From the NCBI RefSeq assembly GCF_009914755.1, contig NC_060938.1: 64,000 nt of DNA; one strand, 5' to 3'. The DNA is from the human T2T-CHM13v2.0 reference genome, Homo sapiens. Below, piece by piece: positions 44,271 to 59,859 of the stretch. Numbering within the stretch: position 1 is the stretch's first letter; each line of letters starts with the position of its first letter. The translations under genes were made by a program, and so were the position numbers. A model generated the notes under the pieces. It had not been told where the DNA came from and ran no database searches. It saw only the letters and a list, made by a program, of their open reading frames with translations.

Positions 44271-45059
44271 ATGTGCTGTTTCCCATTTTTGCCTTCTAAA
44301 GGTGAGAAAATTAGTCCCATGGTTCTATATGAGTGTCATAGAGAAAAGATTGCATTCTTCCATGGCTCCTCCTGGGAAGTGAGTCACATCAGTTTCCTGG
44401 GAAGAACTGGGCTCTTCCATTCCCTCCCAGTTTGAAGCAGGAACGAGGAGGCCACAGCTAAGGATACAGATGTTGTGGTCCAGCTGAGCTAGACCAGCCT
44501 CCCCAGATGCATCCCTCCCTTTCAGCTCTCATCTCCCATGGAGCACAGGAAGGAAACTGTGTTGGGGGCAAGGGGTGCAGAGGGGAGCCTGATTAATTCC
44601 ACTTATGGTTGGATCTCCAGGGGTGGAGGAGACAGAAAGTCTAGCAGAGCTTTCAGCAGACAGACAGTGGACCTCCAGCTGGCCCCTCGGGCCTTGGACT
44701 CTTCTATGAGTCAAAGAACACTTGGCTGCTTCTCCAAAGATCCTCCTCTGCCTCCAGCTTCCTTCATCTGAAAGAGCAAGGTCTCGAGTCTATAGCCCAA
44801 GAGATCCTAAGGGACAGGATTGGCCCCTACTTTGGGTGTAATGAGGTGGGGGTGGGAGGGCGTGGGGTGAGAATAGAGGTGGAGTTGGAAACTGACATCT
44901 GTGATTTTACTCTCTTACTTTCCAGCTCTAGCTTCAGGTCAGGAAAGCTCTGGGGAGTCCAGTTCTCCCAGATGATGAATTCAATGCTCCAGATGACATC
45001 ATGCACCTGAATCATTTCCGTATCTTTCTTCCAGGAGCCTGCAGAATTCCCTGGAACCC

Positions 45060-45280
45060 ATATTCACCAAGCACTTACTACATGTCAGGGCTCATGTATA
45101 CATGTGTGATCTTATTCATTTCTCACAACGGGCTTGAGAGGTTGGCATTGGTCCCACTTTAGTGATGAGAATCATGAGCACAGAGAGGTTGGGTAACTTA
45201 CCTCAGGTCACCCAGCCAGTAGGTGGCTGAGCTGGAACTTGAACACTAGTTATATGATGCCAGACCATGCTTTTTGCATT
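45060..45280. mobile_element. MIR
   Basis: cacagagaggttgggtaacttacctcaggtcacccagc core. Confidence 0.7.
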
Positions 45281-45336
45281 AGACATTGCCGGGGTCCCGT
45301 GCTGGGGAAGGCCTATGCTGAGGTCACAGGGGGCAG

Positions 45337-45701
45337 TATATTAGTCCATTTTCACACTGCTATGAAGAAATATCTGAGACTGGGTAATTTATAAAGAAAA
45401 AGAGGTTTAATGGACTCAAGAGTTCCACATGACTGGGGAGGCCTCACAATCATGGCAGAAGGGGAAGGAGGAGCAAAGTCACGTCTTGCGTGGCAGCAGA
45501 CAAGAGAGCGTGTGCAGGGGAACTGCCCTTTATAAAACCATCAGATATCGTGAGACTTACTCACTATCACGAGAACAGCATGGGAAAAACCCACCCCCAT
45601 GATTCATTTACCTCTCACTGGGTCCCTCCCACAACACGTGGGGCTTATGGGGGCTACAATTCAAGATGAGATTTGGGTGGGGATACAGCCAAACCATATC
45701 A
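45337..45701 (-). mobile_element. THE1 (MaLR) solo LTR, C/D-like
   Basis: Reverse strand begins TGATATGGTTTGGCTGT. 5-bp target-site duplication GGCAG at 45332-45336 and 45702-45706. Confidence 0.93.
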
Positions 45702-46108
45702 GGCAGTTTGCAGGTGATCCCACACCCGGATCAGATTGTAAAGGAGGGGCCCAATTCCCCCTTTCCAGGCCTCCTGCCTCTCATTCCCTCGTAGCACCTC
45801 CCTTTTTTCCTCATTTTTACTTCTGGTTGTCTGCACTGGAAAGATTTTCAGTGACAATAGATTTGTGATTCAACCAATAATAGTATTAATAATCTCTTAT
45901 AGAGACGTATGATTTCAGACTCCTTTCATATACTTTGTGCTGGAAACACCGCTGTGAGGCAGATGAATGAGGTGAGGGAGACTCAGAGAAGCTGAAGAAC
46001 TTGTCCAGGCCCACACAGCTAGCAAGGTTAGAGGTCAGAACCAGAACTCAGGCTCCTGGTTCCTTATGCTGCATGGAGTCTGACTTCTGATCTCAGTCCT
46101 CTTAGCAC

Positions 46109-46393
46109 TTTTTTTTTTGAGACAGAGTCTTGCTCTGTCATCCAGGCTGGAGTGCAGTGGCACGAGCTCAGCTCACTGCAGCCTCAAACTCCTGGGCTCA
46201 AGGAATCCTTCTGCCTCAGCCTCTCAAGTAGCTGAGACCACAGGGGTGCACCACCATGCCTGGCTAATTTTTTTATCTGCAGAGCTGAAGTCTTACCATG
46301 CTCCCCAGTCTGATCTTAAGCTCCTAGGCTCAAGCAATCTTCCTGATTCAGCTTCCCAAAGTCTTGGGATTACAGAACCACCTTGCTTGGCCA
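46109..46393 (-). mobile_element. Alu (J-type)
   Basis: Target-site duplication cttagcacttt. Confidence 0.88.
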
Positions 46394-46683
46394 CTTAGCA
46401 CTTTCTGAATGACATCTACCTTGTTCCAGGCCCTGTGCTGGGTACTGGGAGAGATTCTGAGGCTTAAGACACAGTCTCAGCCTTTGAGGAGCTGAAAATT
46501 CAGCAGTAAAAGAAAGAAAAGCCAAGGAATCACACGGAGACAGTAAAGCAGCAATTGGCAGGGGTCTCAGAAGAGTCCCTTGGAGGTATCACTTCTCCTA
46601 GGGATGTCTGCATCTCCCCAGAGACCAAAATTATCAATAACCATGTGCCACAGTCATGCTGCTTGCCATATCCAAATACCATC

Positions 46684-47045
46684 TCTATTAGTCTATTCTT
46701 GTGCTGCTAATAAAGACATACCCAAGACTAGGTCATTTATTAAGGAAAGAGGTTTAATGGACTCAGAGTTCCACATGGCTGGGAAGGTGTCACGATCATG
46801 ATGGAAAATGAAGGAAGAGCAAAGGGACATCTTACCTGGCAGCAGGCAAGAGAAAGCTTGTGTAGGGGAACTCCCCTTTATAAAACCGTCAGCTCTCGTG
46901 AGATTCACTATCACGAGAACAGCATGGGAAAGATCTGCCGCCATGATTCAATTACTTCCCACTGAGTCCCTCCCACGACATGTGGGAGTTACGGGAGCTA
47001 CAATTCAAGATGAGAGTTGGGTGGGGGCACAGGTGAACCATATCG
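46684..47045 (-). mobile_element. THE1 (MaLR) solo LTR, C-like
   Basis: tattagtc...gctaataaagacataccc...accatatc. 5-bp target-site duplication CCATC at 46679-46683 and 47046-47050. Confidence 0.92.
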
Positions 47046-47068
47046 CCATCTGTAGTATTACTTATTTA

Positions 47069-47849
<781 letters not shown>

Positions 47850-48350
47850 TATTTGTTTAAGCTAATTGATTCTTTTTTACTTAAAAATATTTTTAAAGGA
47901 AACTTTGTATCACTACCTTAAATAGAAAGGTAACTACAAAAATCAATTAAATTATAGCTGGATTTGCTGGCAGAGAATCTAAGCCCAAGGCCCACTTTCT
48001 TTTTGTTTAAAAGGAAAATTAGCAAGTGTTAGTGAGGTGTTATAGACACATTACCTCCTAACCAAGGCTTTCTTTTGGCTCATTAAAAGTTTGGAAAGAG
48101 AATTGGAAATGGGACAGCTTTCTCACTCCATGATTCAATGTTATTAAAGGCTGTGTTTGGAGTCCAGCTAAATTCATCTTAAACATGCCCCCAAAACATC
48201 TCATATGTTCATGCTTGAGATGAACCAGTGACATAGAAAAATAAACATTTTAAGCTCATGGTCTGGGTAGGGGTGACGTCTAGGGGAGCAGAACCTCAGC
48301 TGGTAAGCCACTGAGGGCAACATAGAAGGTTCCTGCCATCTTCTCTCTGA

Positions 48351-49225
<875 letters not shown>

Positions 49226-49252
49226 ACATGCAGAAATTAAAAAAAAAATTGA

Positions 49253-49570
49253 GGCCAGGTGCGGTGGCTCACGCCTGTAATCCCAGCACTTTGGGAGGCT
49301 GAAGCAAGCAGATCACTTGAGGTCAGGAGTTTGAGATCAACCTGGGCAACATAGGGAGGCACCATCTCTACCAAAAATACAAAAAATTAGCTGGGTGTGG
49401 TGGTGCGTGCCTGTGGTCCCTGCTACTCAGGAGGCTCAGTGAGAGGATAGCTGGAGCCCAGGAGGTGGAGGTTGCAGTGAGCCAAGATCACACCACTGCC
49501 CTACAGCCTGGGTGACAGAGTGAGACCCTGTCTCAAAAAAAACCCAACCAACCAACCAAACAAACAAAAA
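49253..49570 (+). mobile_element. Alu
   Basis: Full dimer with a (CAAC)/(CAAA) tail. Confidence 0.93.
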
Positions 49571-50486
49571 AGCCATTTGAAGCTCACAGCCCTATGAAGC
49601 ACACAAAATAGTACTTTCTGTTATGGCTGAGAAAACTCAGCTGGTGAGGTTTTCAGGGACCACCCAAGGTCATCCAGCACGTTATCCCACAAAATACTGA
49701 GCAAATGCTTGATGCCCCTCTCTGGAATCACATCATCCTCAAGCAGGAGCATGTAGTATCCACTTTGTAAGAGAAATCTGTCCCCCATCGAAGCAAAATC
49801 TGGACTTTCAGAGGTTGGTCCTAGAGAAAGAACTTCTGCTGGAGCCATCCTGGGAATCTGATCTCTGCCTTCAAAACCAGATTCACCTTCCCTTAGGAGA
49901 TCTCTCTCTTTCTGACTCCTGCTGCTACCACCTCATTGGTCCCAGTGTTTACTCAAGGGAAGGAAGATCAGAGGGGAAACAAACGCCAAGGGGTTGGGAA
50001 TGGGTCGGCATCTGGAGTCTGAGACAGCTGCCCTCCTGCGTCAAGGGCTGGGGGCCTCAGCTTCCATCCTGTGCCAGCCTCCATGTGGACAGCTCAGCTT
50101 ATTGTCCACCACCTGGAAATTCCTCGAAGCTTCATGGTCCAGGTCAAGAGAATCCTGTTCCCAGACCTCTGCCCAGCCAGGCCTTCCCAGCTCAGGGCTG
50201 ACTCCTGCACCAAGTGACGCACTTTTCATAACTGGTCTACCAATGCCTCCCCTTCAAGTGAGAACTACCCTTTACATTTAGGAGTGTGGCCCCGCAGTAA
50301 AAACACACTAAATTTGTCTTAATTCAATAATTAATGTATATTCATTGTAGAAAATACAAATTAGCATAAATAATAAACATTATCCAATCTTATTACTCAG
50401 AGAAAACCCTTATTAATATTTTGTTATATCCTTGTGGATATTTTCTGTGCATGCATATATTTTTTTCCTTATAAAAATGGCGTCAT

Positions 50487-50826
<340 letters not shown>

Positions 50827-50879
50827 TCATTTTATCATATTTTGGGAAGGCCTTTTCATATCAATGGTGAAAATTCTAC

Positions 50880-51048
50880 AGCTTTGCTGCTCAAACAGTG
50901 GTCCGGGGACCAGCAGCATTGGCATCACCTGGGAGCTTGTTGAAATGCAGAACTTTAGGTCTCATCGCAGAGCTATTGAATCAGAATCTGCATTTTAATG
51001 AGATTCCCAGGGAATTATTGTGCACATTGAAGTTTGAGAGCACACTGT
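50880..51048. mobile_element. MER5A (hAT-Charlie MITE)
   Basis: accagcagcattggcatcacctgggagcttgtt...gaatcagaatctgcattttaa...aagtttgag. Confidence 0.85.
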
Positions 51049-51125
51049 TTGACATCATTCTTAACACTTACATATTGTTAAATACTTACCACTTACCCAG
51101 GGGATACTTAAAACTGCATGGCTAA

Positions 51126-51662
<537 letters not shown>

Positions 51663-54600
51663 TAATTGGGCTTTAGGATTTACCTAATGTTTTCTCCATT
51701 ATTAACAATGCTGTGATGGACATCTCTATATGTAGTTGCTGCTCATGTCCTTTAAATTCCTAGAAGTAGAATTTCTGGGTCAAAGCTTTCGATACTTATT
51801 GTCAACTTGCTTTACAAAAAGGTCATCCTAGTGTGCAGTCCTTCCTGCAACGTCTAAGAGTGATGAGATCCCTACACCCTGACAGTCCCTGGTACTATCA
51901 TTCTTTGACATCTTTGCCCATGAGTTCCATGAAAGTCGTGCCTCAGGGTTGGCTTTGGACATATTTCCTTTGTTATTGGCTGGTCCAGTTGAACATTTCT
52001 CTGTGCCAGTGTTGGCCATTTGCATTTCTTCTGGCTGTGTGCCTGCTGGGGTCTTTAATGCCTGAAGCCCACCAAGATAGTGGGAGATGTTGCCAGGGAG
52101 GGCTGCAGGGAGTGTGGCCTGAGCCCAGCCCTGATGCAGAGTCCTGCACATAGTGGTCGCTCATGTTGCTGCCTGGCTGAGGGCACAGCCAACTTGGGCC
52201 AAAACTCAGACCCAGCCTGGCGGCGCTCTTGCGGTCCCAGCCTTGTGCTGTGTCCAGACCCCAGAGCAAGTGCCCAGCCAAGGTCTCACCTCCTGGCCTG
52301 TGAGGCCTGGGTGCCGGCTGCCACCCAGGATGGTGCTTGCAGGCCGGGCCAGGCACCCCATGATTCCCCAGGCAGCAGGCGGGTGGCCAGGTGTGCTGGG
52401 AGGAGCCAGCGGTGAGGACAATTCAGGGAAGTGACCCTGCCCAGTCCCCGAGCTCCTACCACAGCAAGCATTGTGAGCCTCCCGCTGGCCACGGTGGCTG
52501 AAGCTGCTGACAGTGGCGGCAGGAAGTGGGGCGCTTACTCAGCCCAGGCTGCACGTGGCTGGGCCTGCTGCCTCCCTCCACTCAGCCTTCCTCCCAGACA
52601 CAGCCTGCGCAGCCAGCAGCTGGGGGAAGGAAACAGGAGGGACCACCCCCCACATCCCCTGCAAGGCTGTACCTGTGCCCTGCCAGCTCTGCCACCTGTT
52701 ACTGACTGGGCATGAGGCCTGCCCCAGGGCCTCTGCGGCAGAGCGAGGAGTGGGGCTGGGGTGTGGGGTGGGCAGGTGGGCTTGGGGTAGGATCTGCACT
52801 GACATCTACTGAACGTACCACCCTGAGGGTCTCACTCCACCCAATCCCCACAGCCCCGGGACTACGAGTACTATTCACCTCCCTTTCACTAACAAGGAAA
52901 TTAAGGCTCAGAAAACAGGAGTAATGATAGCTTAATCTAGAATTACTTCCAGGTGCCAGGAACTCTGCTGCACACTTCATATGTGTTCGGTTATTTAAGC
53001 CTCACAAGAAGAGTGGGTGCAATAGGAGCCCCATTTTCCAGATGAAGAAAGCCAGGCATAGAGAGGTGGCAGCACACAGCCTATTAGGGACACACCTTAG
53101 TGTCTGGCCCCAAAGCTCACACCCTTAACTGCCTCCCGCACTAGCAGGTGACCTAGAGCCTCAGGCCTGGCTGAGAGTGGCAGTGAGGAAGGGGAGGGGG
53201 CCAGCCCGCTGCCCTCATTAGATTGTCTTGGCGCTGGCCACCTGTCCCCCACAGGAGCACCCAGGTTTCACCCCACTTTGTCGCCCAACCCTGGGCCTCT
53301 GTCTCCAGTCCTCTCCTGTGTCTCCTGCCCTCTAACCAGGCAGCCTTTGGGGACTGTCTCTCAGGTGCTTGTCTTGCTCCTCCTCTGGCTGTCCCTGTCC
53401 TGCTCTTTGACCCCTGACCTTGGGTTTCTCTGGCTCTTCTTTTTAGTAGGCAAAAGGGGGAAAGAAGGAATTTGCATGGAATGCGGCAAACATCCCGTCA
53501 GAGGGCATTTCTGGAGGTGCCTCTAATTGTGGCCTCCAGTTGCTATGGGAAGCAGAAAAGTGTCTCCCAGCTGGGAGCGGTGTGGGTAAAGGATAAAGCC
53601 GAGGGGAAGGGAGAGAGGAGCCTCTTCAGGAGCTGGAGGCCCGTGGGACTGGGGTCCGGAGGATGAGCGCTGCCTGCTGCCCAGAACAGGGAGGGTGGAG
53701 CAGCCCTGGGCCCCACGCGCCTGGCCTTCTTCCACCTCCCACTGTGATGGTGGTGGCCCCAGGCTGCCCCTGGGCCTGTAGCAGCTGTTGCTGCTGATGC
53801 AAGCTGTTGGCTGCGGGAGGTGGGAAGGTGATGAGGAAGGAGGGAGTTATTCTCAGGGTGAGGGTCTCTGCGTAAGCCTGTTGACAAGCTTTCAAGTCTG
53901 CAGGACAGGACTCCGGGTTTCCAACCAGATTCACTTCTGTCCCAAGTGGGGCCCAAGGCCAGGCCTCCCGAAGCCTTTTGCGATCAGGGTGGAGTCCAAC
54001 CACCAGCTGTTATGGCAACCTGTATCTCTTCAGGGCTGCAGGGAGAGGCCTGGAGCCCGCAGCCCAAGGGACCAGGGGCTCAGAAGTGAATGGCAATGGG
54101 CAAACCCATGAGTATGCCAGGAGGAACCCTACTGGGTAAGCCCCAGAGAGGGGCCCGTCTCTGGCCCAGCCGCTTCCTTCCAGTCCTTGCCTCTTCCCGG
54201 CAGTGTCTCCTGGGTCTGGCCTAACTAAGCTGGGCTTCGGCCAAGCTGGCCGGCCTCCAGGTGGATTTGGGACAGACAGCTGGGATGTGGTGTTTCCCGC
54301 TCTGAAGAGATAGAGGCTGGAGGGGGCCGTGATGGGGCTGGAGCCTGGAGTGCTGGGCCCTTGGCCACTTGACCACAGCAGGATGGTGGGGGTAGGGTGG
54401 GTGGGCTGGCGGGAATGTCTTTGGTGGAGGTTTCCCAGGGAGGGGAGGTGTCAGAGGAGTACGGCCAGGTAGCTTCCCATACCTCCACATGTTCTCTATC
54501 TGGGTGGGGAAACAAATGGCTGTTACCCCTGAGACCTAAGTGGGTCTCTCTGGTGGGTCAGCCAGCTGGCCTTGGCACCTGTCTTGTGTCCTCCCTAATG

Positions 54601-55479
54601 GCTCGCACTCACTCAGCTGCTCTCCTCCCTGGGTCAGGTCAGCCTGGCCCAGGGTAGCATCAGGCAATTTTTACTTGCTTCTTTTTACATGTCCTGGGGG
54701 ACCGTCATAGCTGCCTGGACTCCTTGATTCTGGCACAGACACTGTGTTCAGCTCCTCAGGACAACCTGTGCTTGGCTCTACGGGGCACACATGAATGAAG
54801 AGCACAGCCCTCCTTCCCACCACACATACACACAGCTGCCAGGTTCCATTGCCAGCTTTGGTCATCCTTCCTGTCCTTCCTTGTCTGGATGACTCCAATC
54901 CATCCTTTGAGGCCCATGTCAAATGGGGAGCTGTTTCTGCCCTTCCCACCTGCTCCAGGCAGAATCATCCATCTCCCCTCTGTGCCCCCTTAGACAAAGC
55001 ATGTAGGAGGCATTGAGTGAATGAAGCTTCCCAAAGGGCCATTAGGATCCTTCCAGTCTCCTGCTTAGAAAAGTTCCCTGGCCCCCATTGCAAAAAGCCC
55101 TTTTGCACTCTTTGGCTTCATCATCCCCTAGGCTGAGCCGGAGAACCCTCTGCTCCAATAAAGTGGTCTCCTAGCCTTCCACCAAACTTGGCCTGAACCT
55201 TCCCCACTCCATCCCCTGCTCAGGCCACCCCTTGTCCTGGAATGCACTACCACCATGCTCACCTCTTGAAACTCCACTCTGCAAGGCCTGGTGTCTCTTG
55301 GTGTCCTGGGAGGCCAGTGGCTCCCAAAGGGCATGGGAGAGACCCCCTCTTAGGGGCCTGGTGTTTTTCTTCCTTTCCTTCCCCTTGCTCCTCCTCTCTA
55401 CGGACTTTTGAACAACTTCCAGGATACATTCCATAAATTTGAAGGAAGCAGTAACTAACAGCCTCCCATTAATGTTCCC

Positions 55480-55750
55480 ATGTGCGCACACATGGAGTGT
55501 GCCATTGTGTGTGGATGAACATATGTTCATATGAAGATATGAGCAAGCATGTACATGGAGATAGGACCTATGTGCAAAAATGAGCATGCCTGTGCGTGTG
55601 TGAAAGTGGGCGCGTGCATGTGCATATGAACATTTTTGTGCAGGTGAGCCTGTGCAGACATGCCAAAATGTGTGCATGCATCGATGTGCATTGCAGGTGT
55701 GTGCTTGTACATGCTGGTGAATCTCTATGTGCATGTGGGGTATATGTGCT
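55480..55750. repeat. Degenerate (TG/CATG)n alternating purine-pyrimidine low-complexity block
   Basis: Direct reading. Confidence 0.75.
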
Positions 55751-57085
55751 CTAGTGAGCTTCCTTTTGCCCAGCCCAGGGGTACTGGGGAAGGCCAAAGC
55801 CAGTCTGCCTTCTACACCTCGCCACCCTCAACCTCCAGGGAAGTGAGGAAGGCTTCACGTTGCATCCTGACTTTTGACAGAGATAAATGAAATTCCTGTG
55901 AGGTTGCCAGGCTGCAGCAAAGAGCAGCTGTGAGTGGCAGGGGTCCAGCCCCAGACTGGCCTGGCCCTTGGCCTCCAGCCCTCAGCACACCGTGTCCCCC
56001 ATCGAAGTGGTACCCAGGATGAGGAGGACTCAGGACAGGTTCAGCAAAGGGTAATGGCTCTGCCCTGGTCCCCAGGCAACAGGCTCTGTCTCTGGGCCTG
56101 CAAGTTTGCGCCTGGTGGTGGGGATGATGGTGGGGCCAGAGTGCCTAGGAGCTGCTAGATCAAATGGTGCTCTTTCCTCTGGGGAGTGAACTCTGGAGGA
56201 ACAAAGCAATAGGTTAATGGTGCAGGAGGATCCATTTATGTGAACCCACTTTAGATAGAACAAGGAAATACAGGTTTAAAGTGCAGCAAGGAAGGTTTAG
56301 CTAGACTTAAGGAAGGAGTCCTTCAGTGGCAAAGGCTGCAAAATCTGTGTCCACAAAGATCTGGACAACAGGATCCATATCCACCCATGGGGCTGGTGGA
56401 GGTGGTCGGAGGCAGGAGACTGGCTGGGATGACCTTTAGAAGTGCTCCCTCCCCACACAGTCCTGGCTCTGTCTCGGGGTCTCTGCAGCTCTGTGGGGAC
56501 CCAGAGGGGAGTCTGGCAGGGAGGATTGGCCGGGCACACTTCTGGGCACTGCTCCCAAGCTCCTTCCCTTCTCTGCTTCCTCCAGAACCTTCTTATCCTT
56601 CATTTCCTGCTGCCCTCCTCTCACCTCCAAGTGGCTGCCCCAGCCGTGCCCCCAAAGTGGCTTCCTCACTCCCTCCCTGCTGCTCCAGAATTGGGAAAGA
56701 AGCCACAAATTCCCCCAGCGGACCACCCCCAAAGGCCCAGCCCCGTCTCACCCACGAGAGGTGCTTAGAGGCCCAAATTGGGTGCGGCTGCGGGGAGGTG
56801 GGAGCCAGGGGCCTCGGTAGGCATCATCCCTCCACCAGGGTGGTCTCGAGGAGACAAGGCCAACTGAACAGAGAGAGTGCGCCCTGCAGGCAGGGTCACA
56901 GGAGCCCTGAGGCCTCCCTCTGTCCGGGGCCTCCCTCTCTGGGGGGCTTCAGGGCCTGTGCTTACCCTCTCTGGTGGCTTCCTCTTGCTCTCTAGGGAGT
57001 GGCCTGTGGGGAGGACATGCAGACACGCAGAGGTGCTTGGGGAGGATGTGGAGGGATAGAGGGTGCCCCCTGCACCCCTTGCTCC

Positions 57086-57120
57086 CCTCCTCCTCCTCCT
57101 CTTCCTCCTCCTTCTCCTCC
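57086..57120. repeat. (TCC)n imperfect triplet repeat
   Basis: Direct reading. Confidence 0.8.
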
Positions 57121-59859
57121 AGGAGCCCCTGTGCCTTCCCTGGGAGGTCTGACCCAGGCAAGCCCAGGGACGAGGGGAGGCAGTCATTAATCACCATTAT
57201 TTATTATTTCTTATGTAACAGGGTGTTATGAAACATGCAACCCTGTACCAGGCACGACTGGGAATATGGGAAAGACAGTCCCTACCAGTAAGAGCTTCCT
57301 ATGGGATGACCAGGTAGGTCCAGGAGCCACTGAGCAACCTGTGGACCAGCCTGGAACGTGGGGTGCAGGCCAGGCTGGAGGCGGGATGGTCCTGCTGCAG
57401 CTGAAAAAAAGGAAAAAGGAGGGGAGTGGGCAGCGGGAACCTCAAGGTGGGAAGGGAGCTGGGTTTCCACCCCCACCCCTCCGCACCTCGCCAGGCCAGG
57501 CGCAGACCAGCTCTGGCTCTGGGGTGGCCTGGGTCACAGCTGGAGTTGTCACAATATTGACCCAGGAGGAGATAACATCCAAAGGGCTTGGAGTCCCAGT
57601 CGGACAAGGAGGGGGATGTCGCCGGAAAAGATCCCTGGCCCCCAGGGGGATCAAACTAAATGGGGCTTTAATAGGTCTCTTCCAGCTCAGATTTCATGGA
57701 TAATTGGAAGCAGGTCTCCAGCCAGGCAGAGTGGGCGGCCCTAGTGGCCTGCCGGGCGGCCACCGCAGCCAGGAGACAAGGAGGGACAAGGCGGGGTGGG
57801 GGTGCCACCTCCATGCCACCCCACTGTGGCCCAGTGGGCCTCTGGCCTTGCTGGGGCTTCTGGGCTCCCTTCTCTCTGTTCCAGAAGTGCTGCTGCTTTA
57901 ACCCCCTCAGGGAAGGAGGTGGACAAGTGAGGAGACCTGAGTCATTTAGCTCCGGGGAAGGAGAGCAGCCTGTCCCAGCCACACATGCCCGAGGCTTCTT
58001 CCGTCATTCAAATACACATTCACATTTAAAGCTGGGAACAACTCTGAAAAATAATGTCTTCATTTTTTTTCTTATCACAAAAGGGGTACATACTTGCTGA
58101 AACAAAATTCAAGGTATATTAAGTAAAAAGTGAAAATTCTCTCCCCACCACACACCCATTACTCCTCTGTCCCTCTCTCACCACCCCCAGACTCTGCAGG
58201 TAGCCTCTGACTGCAATTTATTGGCTATCTTTCCAGAGCATCTCCAATGCCTTCTGAATTACATCCTGCTGCTTTCGCTCAGCAATGCATCATTGATATC
58301 CTTCCAAGGCCAGTAATTAGGGTGTGGACATTCGTCACTCCCATTTTAAAGATGAGGAAACAGAGGCTCAGAGAAGTTTCTTGGCTGTCCCGGGCTGCAC
58401 AGCCAGGCCTCGTGCTCATCCTACCACAGCTTTCAGCCTCTTCCCTGGGGGCAGGAGGATGTGAGGAGCAGAGGGCTAGAAAAGCCCTGGGGGGGTGGTG
58501 GGTTGGGATGGGGGAGAGGGGCCGAAGAATAAGAAGGAAGCAGCAGCAGGCGAGGGAGGGTGTGAGGTCTCCTTGGAATGCGGCGGCGGTGCCCCTCCTC
58601 CCTGAAGGATCCAGGTTTTCCTCAGGCAGCGGAGCCTGGGGCCCTGGAGGCCTAGGCTGGGCAGAGCTGAGCAGCTGGCAGTGGAGGGGTTTTCAAGGCA
58701 AACCTGGCAAGAAGGCAAGACGGATTGCATTTCAGCCTGAACGTGCCTGGGATATGCACATGTCTCCCCAGGCCTTAGGGGCATTTCTTGCCTAACACCA
58801 CCAGTGGGAGCTGGCTCTGCCCCTGCCTACTGAGGCTGACAGCTGGGCCTGTGTGCTCCCTCCACGGCTGCTGCCGTCTCTAGCGCCCTGGCCTCCAGCA
58901 CATCCAGCAGTGGAGGGGATGCCCCTTATTCCAGCCATAGCCTAGAGCAGCCAAGAGCCAGCTCTTACTCACAGAGAGCCTGGGGCACTCCCTCAGGGAA
59001 GAGCCTGAGGGGACAAGCAGGTGGGAGGCCGATGTGGCCTGGGCCTCGGCCTGAAGAGTAAACAAGGAAGGCTCTGGAAAGCTCGTGACCCACAGGCCTT
59101 CACGCCAGACACACAGCCTTCCTCCTTCCTGCCTAGGACCTCCGAGAGGGACCCTGGGAAGCCAAGAGGACACGGAGGATGCGTGGGGAAGAAAATAGCC
59201 AGTGTCCCTCCTGGGCGGACGTAAGCACACATCCCCAGGTGCATGCATGCGCACAGATGCTCATGCACACAGGCACGAATGCAGGGGGGAGAACTCAGAA
59301 GTGTGGAACAGCTGCCCAGCAGAGAGGGCTGGAGGGATGCTCTTGGGAGAGGCAGGGCCAGGGACCTAGTGGTCTTTGGAGAGCTCTTCACTCCTGAGAT
59401 TGTAAAAAAATGCTCCCACAGGTACCACCCAGACCTTGGAGGGGGTCACAGAGATTCTCCCACAAGGCACTTAGGCCAATCAGGGAAGAGGACATCCATC
59501 CATTCCGTTTGCCAATATCCTTAGTAAACTTACTCTGTGCCAGGCTCCATGCTGGGAGTACAGAGGCCACCCGCAAGGCTTGACTAGCGCCAAGCACCAG
59601 TGGGAATGTGGGAAAGAAGGTCCCTACTGGAAAAGCTCATCCTCCACATGGAGCTGGCTGGGCAGTTGCGGAGGGACTGCAGAGCAGGCTTTGGCCAAGC
59701 TTAGTCCTGGATGAAGACCCTGCACCCCCACCCCAGCTAGTGGCCAGCTTAAAAGGAGCCTGGAAAGGCTGATGTCTGCTCTCTGCCCACAGCCCACCCC
59801 CATCCCCACAGTCCTGGCCCTGGCTGGGGCCCCAGGAAGGAAATCACTAAGGAGGATTG

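Noticed and set aside
45337-47045. A single THE1 provirus with two LTRs, or a PRDM9 hotspot motif in THE1
   Set aside because: Each LTR has its own distinct target-site duplication and no internal sequence lies between them. Neither copy has CCTCCCTNNCCAC at the corresponding position.
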